64,000 nucleotides of DNA from an uncultured beta proteobacterium (GTDB lineage Bacteria; Pseudomonadota; Gammaproteobacteria; Burkholderiales; Gallionellaceae): assembly GCA_963761115.1 (NCBI GenBank), contig CAVXFS010000004.1, positions 372,023-436,022 on the forward strand. The letters run 5' to 3'. Below, in pieces: positions 27,359-37,190 of this stretch. The first letter of the stretch is position 1. Each line of letters begins with the position of its first letter. The position numbers and the translations under genes were made by a program. Below the pieces are notes generated by a model that worked only from the letters and a program-made list of their open reading frames with translations, was not told the DNA's origin and did no database searches.

Positions 27359-28129
27359 TCAGAAATCGTTGCGCCATTTGCGCATGGCGGCAAACACGGC
27401 TGTCTCGTAGTTTGCCGGAAGCGCATGACCGGCATGCTGTTCCACGTTGCGAATGACCTCGGGTTCGCTGCAGCGCAGGAACGGATTGGTGTTTTTTTCC
27501 AGGGCGATGGTGGAAGGCAGCGTGGGTTTTCCCGCCGCGCGCACTGCGCGCGCATCCTGTTCGCGCTGCCTGAGCTGTGCGTTGTGCGGTTCACAGACCA
27601 CCGCGAAGCGGATGTTGGCCTCGGTGTATTCGTGTGTGCAATACACCAGTGTTTCATTCGGCAGTTGCGCCAGGCGTTGCAGGGAATGATGCAATTGTGC
27701 GGCTGTGCCTTCGAACAGCCTGCCGCAACCGCAGCCGAACAGCGTATCGCCGCAGAACACCAGGTCTTCGTTCACATAGGCGATATGGCCGCTGGTATGG
27801 CCTGGGATATCCAGCACTTTCAGCCTGATGCCCGGCTGCGCTATATCGACAGTGTCACCTTCTACCAGCGCATGATCGATGCAGGGAATGTCTTCATGCT
27901 TCGGTCCGTACACCGTAGCGTTGTATACTTGCGCCAGTTCGCAGATGCCGCCGATGTGGTCGCTGTGATGGTGGGTGCAGAGAATTGCGGTCAACTTGAT
28001 GTTGTGTTGTCCCAGCCATGCGCGCACCGGATCGGCGTCGCCTGGATCGACGACTATTGCATGGCTGCCGTCATGCAGCGTCCAGATGTAATTGTCCCGG
28101 AAAGCGGGGATGGGAAAGATACTCAGCAT
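27359..28129 (-). CDS. gloB: Hydroxyacylglutathione hydrolase (glyoxalase II)
   Basis: The N-terminus is MLSIFPIPAFRDNYIWTL. The metallo-beta-lactamase motif is CTHHHSDHIGG, and GHTSGHIAY is present. Confidence 0.93.
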   Translation of the reverse strand: MLSIFPIPAFRDNYIWTLHDGSHAIVVDPGDADPVRAWLGQHNIKLTAILCTHHHSDHIGGICELAQVYNATVYGPKHEDIPCIDHALVEGDTVDIAQPGIRLKVLDIPGHTSGHIAYVNEDLVFCGDTLFGCGCGRLFEGTAAQLHHSLQRLAQLPNETLVYCTHEYTEANIRFAVVCEPHNAQLRQREQDARAVRAAGKPTLPSTIALEKNTNPFLRCSEPEVIRNVEQHAGHALPANYETAVFAAMRKWRNDF

Positions 28130-28158
28130 GGAAACATATTTGGGCAGGATGGCACCTC

Positions 28159-28953
28159 ATGTCAACCGCTAGTTCCCTGCACGACTGGTTCGCCACCACG
28201 CAGGGGCAGTACCTGCTGGTGCGGGAGCAGGAATTCTTCGATCAGGCCGTTGCCGACCTGTTCGGGTTCAATGCGGTGCAATTGGGCTTGACCCAGCATG
28301 AATTCCTGCGCGCCAGTCGCATGCCGGTGCGCATCATCGCCGGCAACAAGGCCGGGCTGAATGGCCGCGACGAAGGGCAATCCGGCGGCAGCAAGGAGAA
28401 TGGCAAATACCCGACGGTCAGGCTGATCATGGAGGAATTACCGTTCGACAGCGCCAGCCTCGACCTGGTGGTGATGCCGCATGTGCTCGAATTCAACGAG
28501 CACCCGCACCATATCCTGCGCGAGGTCGAGCGCGTGCTGATGCCGGAAGGACACGTCATCATCGCGGCTTCAATCCGCGCAGCCTGTGGGGAGCCTGGCG
28601 CAGGCTGGACAGGCAGAAGGGTTATCCCTGGAACGGTAATTTCATCTCGTTGCCGCGCATGAAGGACTGGCTGGCGCTGCTTGGATTCGAAGTGGTCGCC
28701 GGGCGCTTTGCCTGCTATGCACCGCCGTTCAATCAATCCGAGATGGGTGGGTCGCATGAGTTTCATGGAGCCGGCGGGCGACCGCTGGTGGGCGGTGTGC
28801 GGCGGCATTTATTTTCTGCAGGCGATCAAGCGCGTGCATGGCATGCGCCTGATCAAGCCGAAATGGAACGAAGGACTGGTGGGCAAGCTGATGCCGAGTT
28901 CACCGAAGCTGAATAACCGCATGCCGCAGAAATCCGAAACGGACCCGCAATGA
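28159..28953 (+). pseudogene. Class I SAM-dependent methyltransferase (YafS-like), two compensating frame disruptions
   Basis: The first frame reads MSTASSLHDWFATTQGQYLL...LDLVVMPHVLEFNEHPHHILREVERVLMPEGHVIIA. The next part (GFNPRSLWGAWRRLDRQKGYPWNGNFISLPRMKDWLALLGFEV...PPFNQSE) is in another frame. WVGRMSFMEPAGDRWWAVCGGIYFLQAIKRV then returns to the first frame. The junctions are near 28566 (GCGGC where GCGGGC is expected) and near 28743. Total length is 795 nt. Confidence 0.75.
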
Positions 28954-29406
28954 CCAGCGAAGAACCAGTCGAAATCTATACCGATGGCGCATGCAAGGGC
29001 AATCCGGGCGTGGGCGGCTGGGGGGCATTGTTGATGCATCAACGGCAAGGAGCTCGAGCTGTGCGGCGGCGAGGCGCACACCACCAACAACCGCATGGAA
29101 TTGCTGGGCGCGATCCGGGCGCTGGAAGCCCTGAAGCGGCCGTGCCGGGTGGTCCTGCATACCGATTCGAAATATGTGCAGCAGGGCATCAGCGAGTGGG
29201 TGCATAACTGGAAATTGCGCGGCTGGAAGACGGCCGACAAGAAACCGGTAAAGAACGAGGATCTGTGGCGCAGGCTGGACGAAATGGCGAACAGGCATCA
29301 TGTCCAATGGGTCTGGGTCAAGGGCCATGCCGGGCACGACGGCAACGAGCGCGCCGACCAGTTGGCGAACAGGGGAGTTGAGGAATTGTTGCGCCAGGGC
29401 GGTTAA
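28950..29406 (+). pseudogene. rnhA: Ribonuclease HI, one +1 frame disruption
   Basis: [30 protein letters not shown] continues in another frame as [29 protein letters not shown]...HTDSKYV...[13 protein letters not shown]. The junction is near 29040 and the length is 457 nt. Confidence 0.88.
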
Positions 29407-29414
29407 GCTGACCG

Positions 29415-29526
29415 CTCCTTCCCCCTTGCAGGGGGAAGGCTGGGATGGGGGTAGTGAGTTGGCTGACCCGTAGGAAGATGAAGCCTCAACCCCCTCCCCC
29501 AACCCTCCCCCTGCCAGGGGGAGGGA
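29415..29526. repeat. Family-A structured repeat element
   Basis: The element reads CTCCTTCCCCCTTGCAGGGGGAAGG...GGGGGTAG...CCCTCCCCCTGCCAGGGGGAGGG and lies directly after the rnhA stop. Confidence 0.85.
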
Positions 29527-29616
29527 GTGGTTGGCTTGATTGGCGCTGCTTGTCATGCAGAAACATTTGCATCAATCCGAGACTCTATATTTTCCGTATC
29601 AAATGGACATTCACGC

Positions 29617-30336
29617 ATGAGACAGATCGTACTGGACACCGAAACCACCGGCCTGGAACCCAGGCAGGGCCATCGCGTGATCGAACTGGCGGCGATCGAA
29701 TTGATCAACCGCAGGGTTTCCGATCGTCGCTTTCACCGATATCTCAATCCGGAACGCGAGATCGATGCCGGTGCTGCGGCCGTCCATGGCTTGACGCTGG
29801 AACGCCTGCAGAACGAACCCAAGTTTGCCGAGGTCGCGCCCGCGATGCTCGAGTTCATGCGCGGCGCGGAACTGATCATTCACAATGCGCCGTTCGATGT
29901 CGGTTTTCTCAACAAGGAACTGGAACTGGCCGGGCTGGGCGCACTGAACGATTTTTGTCCCAGCGTGATCGATACCCTGAAGCTGGCCAAGGAGCTTCAT
30001 CCCGGCAAGAAGAACAACCTGAACGCCCTGTGCGATCGTTACCAGATCGATAATTCGCATCGCACCCTGCACGGCGCATTGCTCGACACCGAACTGCTGG
30101 CGGAAGTCTATCTGGCGATGACGCGCGGCCAGGATAGTTTGCTGGGTGATGGCGGCAACGGGCAGGAAGAACTGAACGCCGTGTTGTCGGCAGATCGGTC
30201 GCGAAAATCCGTGCGGGTATTGCAGGCAACCGCTGAAGAGCTGGTGCTGCACACGCAGCAACTGGAAGAGATAGACCAGCTCAGCCATGGCAATTGCCTG
30301 TGGAAGAAGCTGGAATCGGGAGAACCATGCGCTTAG
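29617..30336 (+). CDS. dnaQ: DNA polymerase III subunit epsilon (3'-5' exonuclease)
   Basis: The three exonuclease motifs are ExoI VLDTETTGL, ExoII IIHNAPFDVGFL and ExoIII HGALLDTELLAEVY. Confidence 0.93.
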   Translation: MRQIVLDTETTGLEPRQGHRVIELAAIELINRRVSDRRFHRYLNPEREIDAGAAAVHGLTLERLQNEPKFAEVAPAMLEFMRGAELIIHNAPFDVGFLNKELELAGLGALNDFCPSVIDTLKLAKELHPGKKNNLNALCDRYQIDNSHRTLHGALLDTELLAEVYLAMTRGQDSLLGDGGNGQEELNAVLSADRSRKSVRVLQATAEELVLHTQQLEEIDQLSHGNCLWKKLESGEPCA

Positions 30337-31172
30337 CCAGGCCCCTGGGATTTGTGGCGGCGATATTGGTGCTGGCATACATTGCGATATGCGTGCGCAT
30401 GTGGGACATCCAGAAGCAAAAGATCTTCCTGCCGGAAAAAGCCATGCAGACCACGCCGGACCGGGACGGCATGCGCTACGAAGAAGTGCACATCGCGTCC
30501 GGCATCGGTGCGGACAAGGGCGACCTTTTCGGCTGGTGGATACCTGGAGCCAGCGCCTCATCCCCGGCGCTGCTTTACCTGCATGGCAATTCACGCAATA
30601 TCGGCCTGAATGTCGAACACGCGGCACGTTTGCACAGCATGGGCTATGGCTTGTTGCTGGTGGATTACCGCGGCTTCGGCAACAGCAGCGGCGGCGCACC
30701 AGACGAGGACAAGGTGTACGAGGATGCCGAAGCGATGTGGAACTACCTGCTTGGCCCGCTCAAACAGCCGCCTCAGCGCACCTTCATCTACGGCCATTCG
30801 CTCGGTGCTGCGATGGCCATCGACCTGGCTGTGCGCCATCCCGAGGCGGCGGGACTGATCACCGAGAGTGCCTTCACTTCGATGCTGGACATGGGCAAGC
30901 GCGATTACCCGTACCTGCCGGTGGATCTGTTGCTGAACCAGCGTTTCGATTCGATCGACAAGGTCGGCAAGCTGAAGATCCCGGTGCTGTTCATTCATGG
31001 CACGTGGGACGAGAAGGTGCCATGGCAGATGAGCCAGCGGCTGTTCGATGCGGCGCCGCAGCCGAAATTCCTCAAACTCATCAAGGGCGGTGAGCACAGC
31101 AACAGCGGTGGCATCGCATCGGTGGAATACCGGGAAGCGGTGACCGCATTCGTGCAGCAGTATGCACATTAG
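30327..31172 (+). CDS. Alpha/beta hydrolase
   Basis: It has an N-terminal TM segment, the nucleophile elbow GHSLGAA, and later IHGTWDEKVP...GGEH. It overlaps the dnaQ end by 10 nt. Confidence 0.75.
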   Translation: MRLARPLGFVAAILVLAYIAICVRMWDIQKQKIFLPEKAMQTTPDRDGMRYEEVHIASGIGADKGDLFGWWIPGASASSPALLYLHGNSRNIGLNVEHAARLHSMGYGLLLVDYRGFGNSSGGAPDEDKVYEDAEAMWNYLLGPLKQPPQRTFIYGHSLGAAMAIDLAVRHPEAAGLITESAFTSMLDMGKRDYPYLPVDLLLNQRFDSIDKVGKLKIPVLFIHGTWDEKVPWQMSQRLFDAAPQPKFLKLIKGGEHSNSGGIASVEYREAVTAFVQQYAH

Positions 31173-32416
31173 CGGTGACGTCGCCGGTCAGATGCGTTCC
31201 CCGGTCGATGTGTTGATCATCGGCGCCGGCGCGGCCGGCATGATGTGCGCGCTGACTGCAGCGCAGCGCGGTCGTTCGGTATTGTTGCTCGACCATTCGG
31301 CCAAGCTGGCGGAGAAGATACGCATCTCCGGCGGTGGACGCTGCAATTTCACCAACCTCAATGCCGCGCCGGAAAATTTCATTTCGTCCAACCCGCACTT
31401 CTGCCGATCCGCGCTGGCGCGCTATACGCCGCAGCAATTCATCGCGCTGATGCAGCGGCATGGACTCGGCCTGGCATGAAAAGAAACTCGGCCAACTGTT
31501 CTGCGATGATGGATCGGAGGCCATTATCGCAATGCTGAAGCAGGAATGTGACGCGGCTGGCGTGCGCTGGTGCATGCCATGCGAGGTTCACGGGATCGAA
31601 CGGCAAGCCTCCTCTCAAGCGGGACAGGGGGAAGGCGGACACCCTCAGCCAATCACCCCACGCTTTTCTTTCGCCACTGATCGCGGATCTTTTCAGGCGC
31701 ATTCACTGGTCATCGCCAGCGGTGGCCTGTCCATCCCCAAGATCGGCGCTACGCCTTTCGGCTACAAGGTCGCGCAGCAGTTCGGCATCCCGGTGACCAG
31801 GCTCAAGCCGGGGTTGGTGCCGCTGTCCTTCGATCCGGAGCAGTGGCAACCCTATGCGGCATTGGCAGGTGTGTCCGTGGATGCGGTCGTCTGTTACGGC
31901 AAACAATCGTTCCGCGAGAACCTGCTGTTCACCCATCGCGGCCTGAGCGGCCCGGCGATATTGCAGATATCGTCGTATTGGGAGCCGGGGCAACCCCTGC
32001 ACATCGACTTGCTGCCCGGCATGGATGCGGCGGAACTGTTCGCGCAGCATCGCGGCAGCCGTATGCAACTGGATAATTTCCTGGCGCAGTATCTGCCAAA
32101 GCGTTTCGCTGAAAATTTCGTCGCACAGTCACTGTCGAACAAACCGCTCAACCAGTATTCGGAAAAGGAACTCGTATCGCTGGCAGGCAACCTGCACGAC
32201 TGGCAGATCACCCCGACCGGCACGCTGGGTTACGCCAAGGCGGAAGTGACCTGCGGCGGGGTGGATACGCATGCGCTGTCATCAAAGACCATGCAATGCA
32301 ATGGAGTGAGCGGGCTGTATTTCATCGGCGAGGTGGTCGATGTCACCGGCCAGTTGGGTGGCTACAATTTTCAGTGGGCATGGGCATCGGCTTATGCGGC
32401 AGGACAAGCGGTGTGA
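31162..32416 (+). pseudogene. FAD-dependent oxidoreductase, HI0933/YhiN family, one +1 frame disruption
   Basis: VDVLIIGAGAAGMMCA...ISGGGRCNFTN...MQRHGL continues in another frame as WHEKKLGQLFCDDGSEAI...IASGGLSIPKIGATPFGY...FTHRGLSGPAILQIS...GGVDT...GLYFIGEVVDVTGQLGGYNFQWAWASAYAAG. The junction is near 31467-31472 and the length is 1255 nt. An alternative start is at 31192. Confidence 0.82.
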
Positions 32417-32533
32417 TCCGGCCCGGTTACGCTGAAATGATCCGGGTGGTTTCCGGGTACGGGAAGATATTTCTTGACAACGGGATACGGCTGGAATAAA
32501 CCTGCGTCACACCATTCAGAAATATCATTTCAA

Positions 32534-34664
32534 ATGGATGTGACAGACAATCCAGCGGGTTTATCCATTTTGATCCCGGCGTTTTACGCCAGTGCCGGGG
32601 TTACGTTGTTTGCCGCCATCCAGTTCGCTGTCATTGGCTGGGTGGGGCACCGCAAGCCGCTATATCTGTCATTCTCGATACTTTGCCTGAGTGCGGTCGG
32701 GTTCATCACCGCCACGGCCCTGGCTTATTCGGCATCATCAGTTGCAATCGGGGCGGTAGATTTGCGCTGGCAAATATTCTGTTTCTGTCTGTTCTTTCCC
32801 GCCTTCTTCGAATTTGTTGCGCTCTATACCGGCCAGCGTCGGATCAGGCCATGGCTGATCGCACTTACCGCGCTGTGTCTGGTGCTGGCTTTGGTCAATT
32901 TCGAGATGCCGTACAGCCTGCGATATATCAGCATGGTGATGGCCGATCCGCTGCGTTTGCCCTGGGGAGAGACGCTTACCCGATTTTCCGGAGAGTTGAG
33001 TCCATGGCTCACCTTTGCGCGGATCGTGGTGCTGGTGATACTTGGCTGGGCGATCTGGCGAACGGTGCTGCAATTTCGCGCGGGTCAGCGTCGCTCTGCC
33101 AGGTTTCTTGCTGCCGCTATCCTGCTATTCCTGTTCTCCCTGATCGAGGGATGGATGGTGGACCATGGATATTTGGACTTTGTCTACGTCGTCGCATTTG
33201 CCTACATGAGCATCATTCTGGTCATGAGTTTTGGCCTGGGATCCGAGATCAACGTTCGCAACATGGAACTCGAGGCAACTGCCAGCCGGACTCAAAAGGG
33301 AGATCGAAAAACGGGTGATGGCAGAAAATCATATCCGGGATATGGCCTATCGCGACTACCTGACCGGCCTGGCAAGCCGCGCGCTGCTTAACGAATATCT
33401 TGCCCGTGTGATGCAGGAAGCTGAAGCGAAGGACAGCAGGGGCGTGGTGTTGCTGATCGACCTTGATCATTTCAAGACCATCAACGATGCATTGGGACAC
33501 GAGGTTGGCGACCTGGTGCTGCGGGAAGTCGCCCGACGCCTGGAGAGCGAGGTTGCCGGGAAAGCATTTGTCGCGCGCATGGGCGGCGACGAATTCATCG
33601 TTGTCATGCAGGATGATGCGCCGGAAGAGGAGATCACGGTGATGCGCGGACACCGAGCCGCCGAAAGCATCATGGCCAGCCTGGTGCGTCCGATCGTAAT
33701 GGGGGAACGGGTGCTCAATATCGGGGCCAGCATTGGCGCTGCCCTGTTCCCGCAGCAGGATTGCACGGCCATGGATATCCTGCGCTGCGTCGACATGGCG
33801 CTGTATCGGGCCAAGGCGCTCGGCAGGAACAACATCCAGTTCTTCATGCCGAGCATGCAGGTGGACGCAGATAAAAGGTTGCAGCTGGAAAAAGGCTTGC
33901 GTCTGGCGCTGGTCAACAATGAACTGTCGCTCAATTTCCAGCCCAAGGTCCATGCCACCGGGCAAGTGATGGGAGCCGAGGTGTTGCTGCGCTGGGTTCA
34001 CCCGGAGCTGGGCAGGATTTCCCCGACTGCGTTCATTCCAGTCGCCGAGGAAACCGGAATGATCCATGCCATCGGTGGATGGGTCCTGGAACAGGCTTGC
34101 GATTGCCTGGCGAATTGGAAAGCTGACGGGGTTCGCTTCGATGGGCGCCTTTCGGTCAACGTCAGCGCATGGCAATTCTCGCATCCGGATTTTGTCAAAT
34201 GCCTTCGCCACATCGTATCGTCGCGCAACATCGACCCGCATCGCCTGATGCTTGAGATCACTGAAAGCGCTCTGGCTTATAACATCGCAGAAACCGTTTC
34301 CAGGCTCAAGGAACTGCGTTCCATCGGGTTCCAGACATCGCTCGACGATTTTGGAACCGGCTATTCATCCCTTTCGCATCTGCAGGACCTGCCGCTCGAT
34401 GAACTCAAGATCGACCAGTCATTCGTCAGGCGCCTGTCGCTCGACGCGAACACTTCGCTGATCGATGCCATCATTTCAGTGGGTCAGCGGCTGCAATTGA
34501 AGGTCGTTGCAGAAGGCGTTGAAACCAGCGCGCAACTGCGCATCCTTGAGAGAGCCGGTTGCGACATCTTCCAGGGGCATCTGTTTTCCAGGCCTTTGCC
34601 GGAAGCTGACTTCCTGGAATGGCTGGCCGGTGGTTCGGCAAAATTGGTGGTAGGCGCCGCATGA
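32534..34664 (+). pseudogene. Polytopic-membrane sensor diguanylate cyclase/phosphodiesterase (7TM-like + GGDEF + EAL), one +1 frame disruption
   Basis: The N-terminal part has about 7 hydrophobic helices and ends ...NVRNMELEATASR (ORF 32474..33391). It continues in another frame as LKREIEKRVMAENHIRDMAYRDYLTGL...ARMGGDEFIVVM...EAL domain (LEITES, DDFGTGYSSL, QGHLF). The junction is near 33290 and the length is 2131 nt. Confidence 0.82.
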
Positions 34665-34781
34665 GTGGCAGTAAAGCGGATCAGTAACTTTCCGGACGCT
34701 TATTTCAAGCCTTGGCCGAACAGCGTAGCCAGCCACACCAATGGGGCCAGCAACTTGCGCGTCAGTTTTTCAGCTTCGGGC

Positions 34782-34840
34782 TCCCCACTCCCCACTTCCC
34801 ACTTCCCACTTCCCACTCCCCACTCCCCACTCCCCACTCT
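34782..34840 (-). repeat. Heptanucleotide microsatellite, G-rich on - strand: (CCCCACT)2(TCCCACT)3(CCCCACT)3 as read on +
   Basis: Eight contiguous heptamers lie about 170 bp upstream of the T1SS ABC gene start (35011). Confidence 0.95.
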
Positions 34841-35010
34841 CACATTGGACATGCCCATAAATTTGCCAGCCCTAAACTATTCTCGTAGTATTCGCGGTGA
34901 TTTTTCATTTCCGATGATATTGAAGTGTTTTTCATCTTTCAATGCGTTAACAATGGATATTATGCCTGGTGCCGCGCATATGGATTCGCGCATAGGCCGA
35001 ACTTATAAAT

Positions 35011-37188
35011 ATGACCACAGCCACTGGCGGCAGTACCGATTTACCCGAATCCCCGTTAGGTGACGAATCGTGGCGGCGGCACGATCCATTGCTGTCTTCG
35101 CTGATGGAGATTGCCCGCTTCCACCGGCGTGCCATGACGCCGGAAGGTTTTCTCTCCGGACTACCCCTTGAGGAAGGTCGCCTTACTCCCACCCTGCTGC
35201 GCCGCGCCGCAGCGCGAGCAGGCCTGGCATCCCGCATCTCGCGCCGCCCGCTGGATGCCATCCGCGCAGAACTGCTCCCTGCCATCCTGCTACTGAAGGA
35301 TAACGATTCATGCATCCTGCTCGGCGTGAGCGAGGATCGCACGAGTGCGCGCGTGGTCTTTTCCGAGGCGGGGCAGGGCGCTACCGAGATCGCCATGGAC
35401 CGATTGTTGTCCATCTACACCGGCTACTGCATTTTTGTGCGCCCGCGCTTTCGCTTTGACACGCGCGCCCCGGAAATCCGTCCGGCCGTGCACCGTCACT
35501 GGTTCTGGGGCGCGATCCTGGGCAATGTCCCGCTGTACAAGGATGTGTTGCTGGCGGCATTCCTCATCAACCTGCTTGCCATCGTGGTGCCGTTTTTCAC
35601 CCTCAATGTGTACGACAAGGTTGTGCCGAACAATGCGTTCGAGACATTGTGGACATTGTCGATCGGGGTCGTGCTGGTGGTCTCTGCCGATTTCGGTTTG
35701 CGCATGTTGCGCGGTTACGTGCTCGATGTTGCCGGCAAGCGGGTCGATATCAATCTTTCCGCCTTGATCATGGAACGTGTCCTGGGCATGCAGATGATGC
35801 ACCGCCCTGCTTCAGCCGGTTCCTTTGCCGCAAACCTGCGGGCATTCGAGTCGGTGCGGGACTTCATCACCTCGACCACGGTGACTGCATTCATCGACCT
35901 GCCTTTTGCCATCATTTTCCTTTCGCTGATCGTCTGGCTGGGCTGGATGCTGGCCATACCGCTGGTCATTGCCATGGTCGGACTGGTCGTTTACGCGCTG
36001 ATGCTACAGCCGATCATGCAGGAACTGACCGAAGCCACCTACCGTGCGACCGCCACGCGCAATTCCACGCTGATCGAGACACTGGTCGGCATCGAAACCA
36101 TCAAGACCCAGTGTGCCGAGGGCGTGATGCAGCGCAAATGGGAACACTCGGTGGCCTACCTGGCCAGGATCGGCGCCGACTTGCGCTACAAGTCATCCTC
36201 GGTGGTGAACGGCAGCAGCGCGGTCCAGCAACTGGTCACCGTTGGCATAGTCATCATTGGCGTGTACCTGATCTCGGATCACAAGCTATCCATGGGTGCG
36301 CTGATCGCGAGCGTCATGCTGTCATCGCGCGCCCTGGCACCTTTCGCGCAGATCGCCTCGCTGTTGACCCAATACCAGAACACGGCGATGTCCCTTTCGG
36401 CACTGGATCAGGTGATGATGCAACCGGTCGAGCGGCCGGATTCCGCAGCGTTCATTCGCCGTGAGCGCATACGCGGCGATATCGAGTTCAGCCATGTCAA
36501 GTTTGCCTACCCCGGCGCACCGTCCGATGCACTCAACGACCTCAGCTTCCGCATCAAGGAAGGCGAACATGTTGCGATCATCGGCAAGGTGGGTTCGGGC
36601 AAGTCCACCATCAACCGTCTCATCCTTGGCCTTTATCAGGCGAGCGATGGCGTCATCAAGATCGACGGGGTCGATATCCGCCAGTTCGACCCGGCCGAGC
36701 TGCGCAAGGCGCTGGGCTATGTGCCGCAGGATGTCTCGCTGTTCTATGGCTCCCTGCGCGAGAATATCAGCATCGGTATCCCCCATGTGGAAGATCACGC
36801 CATTGTGCAGGCAGCCGAGATTGCCGGCCTGCATGAGTTGATCGGCAATCATCCCAAGGGGTTTGACATGCCTATCGGCGAGCGCGGCGAATCGCTGTCG
36901 GGCGGGCAGCGCCAATCGGTCGGTATCGCACGCGCCTTTGTCCATGAGCCCAGCGTTCTCCTGCTCGACGAACCCAGCAGCGCCATGGACAGCTCGACGG
37001 AGGATGCCCTGAAGGCACGCCTGGCGGCGTATGCCAAGGGCCGCACGCTGATCCTGGTCACACACCGGACCTCCCTGCTGGAGCTGGTCGACCGGCTGAT
37101 CGTCATAGACCGCGGCAAAGTGGTTGCCGACGGACCCAAGCAACAGGTCACTGAAGCGTTGCAGAGCGGCAAAGTCGGGCGAGGTTGA
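35011..37188 (+). CDS. Type I secretion system permease/ATPase with N-terminal C39-like (non-catalytic) domain, LapB/HlyB-type
   Basis: The ORF is 725 aa. The N-terminal C39-like region lacks the catalytic Cys context. Six TM helices follow, then Walker A GKVGSGKST, the signature LSGGQRQ and Walker B LLLDEPSSAMD. Confidence 0.9.
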   Translation: MTTATGGSTDLPESPLGDESWRRHDPLLSSLMEIARFHRRAMTPEGFLSGLPLEEGRLTPTLLRRAAARAGLASRISRRPLDAIRAELLPAILLLKDNDSCILLGVSEDRTSARVVFSEAGQGATEIAMDRLLSIYTGYCIFVRPRFRFDTRAPEIRPAVHRHWFWGAILGNVPLYKDVLLAAFLINLLAIVVPFFTLNVYDKVVPNNAFETLWTLSIGVVLVVSADFGLRMLRGYVLDVAGKRVDINLSALIMERVLGMQMMHRPASAGSFAANLRAFESVRDFITSTTVTAFIDLPFAIIFLSLIVWLGWMLAIPLVIAMVGLVVYALMLQPIMQELTEATYRATATRNSTLIETLVGIETIKTQCAEGVMQRKWEHSVAYLARIGADLRYKSSSVVNGSSAVQQLVTVGIVIIGVYLISDHKLSMGALIASVMLSSRALAPFAQIASLLTQYQNTAMSLSALDQVMMQPVERPDSAAFIRRERIRGDIEFSHVKFAYPGAPSDALNDLSFRIKEGEHVAIIGKVGSGKSTINRLILGLYQASDGVIKIDGVDIRQFDPAELRKALGYVPQDVSLFYGSLRENISIGIPHVEDHAIVQAAEIAGLHELIGNHPKGFDMPIGERGESLSGGQRQSVGIARAFVHEPSVLLLDEPSSAMDSSTEDALKARLAAYAKGRTLILVTHRTSLLELVDRLIVIDRGKVVADGPKQQVTEALQSGKVGRG

Positions 37189-37190
37189 GC

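Noticed and set aside
32534-34664. Possibility that the GGDEF-EAL gene upstream of the T1SS is the missing LapD.
   Set aside because: LapD has two TM helices around a periplasmic domain, a HAMP domain and degenerate GGDEF/EAL motifs. This protein has a ~7-helix membrane module, no HAMP-like segment that I can see, and intact GGDEF and EAL catalytic motifs.
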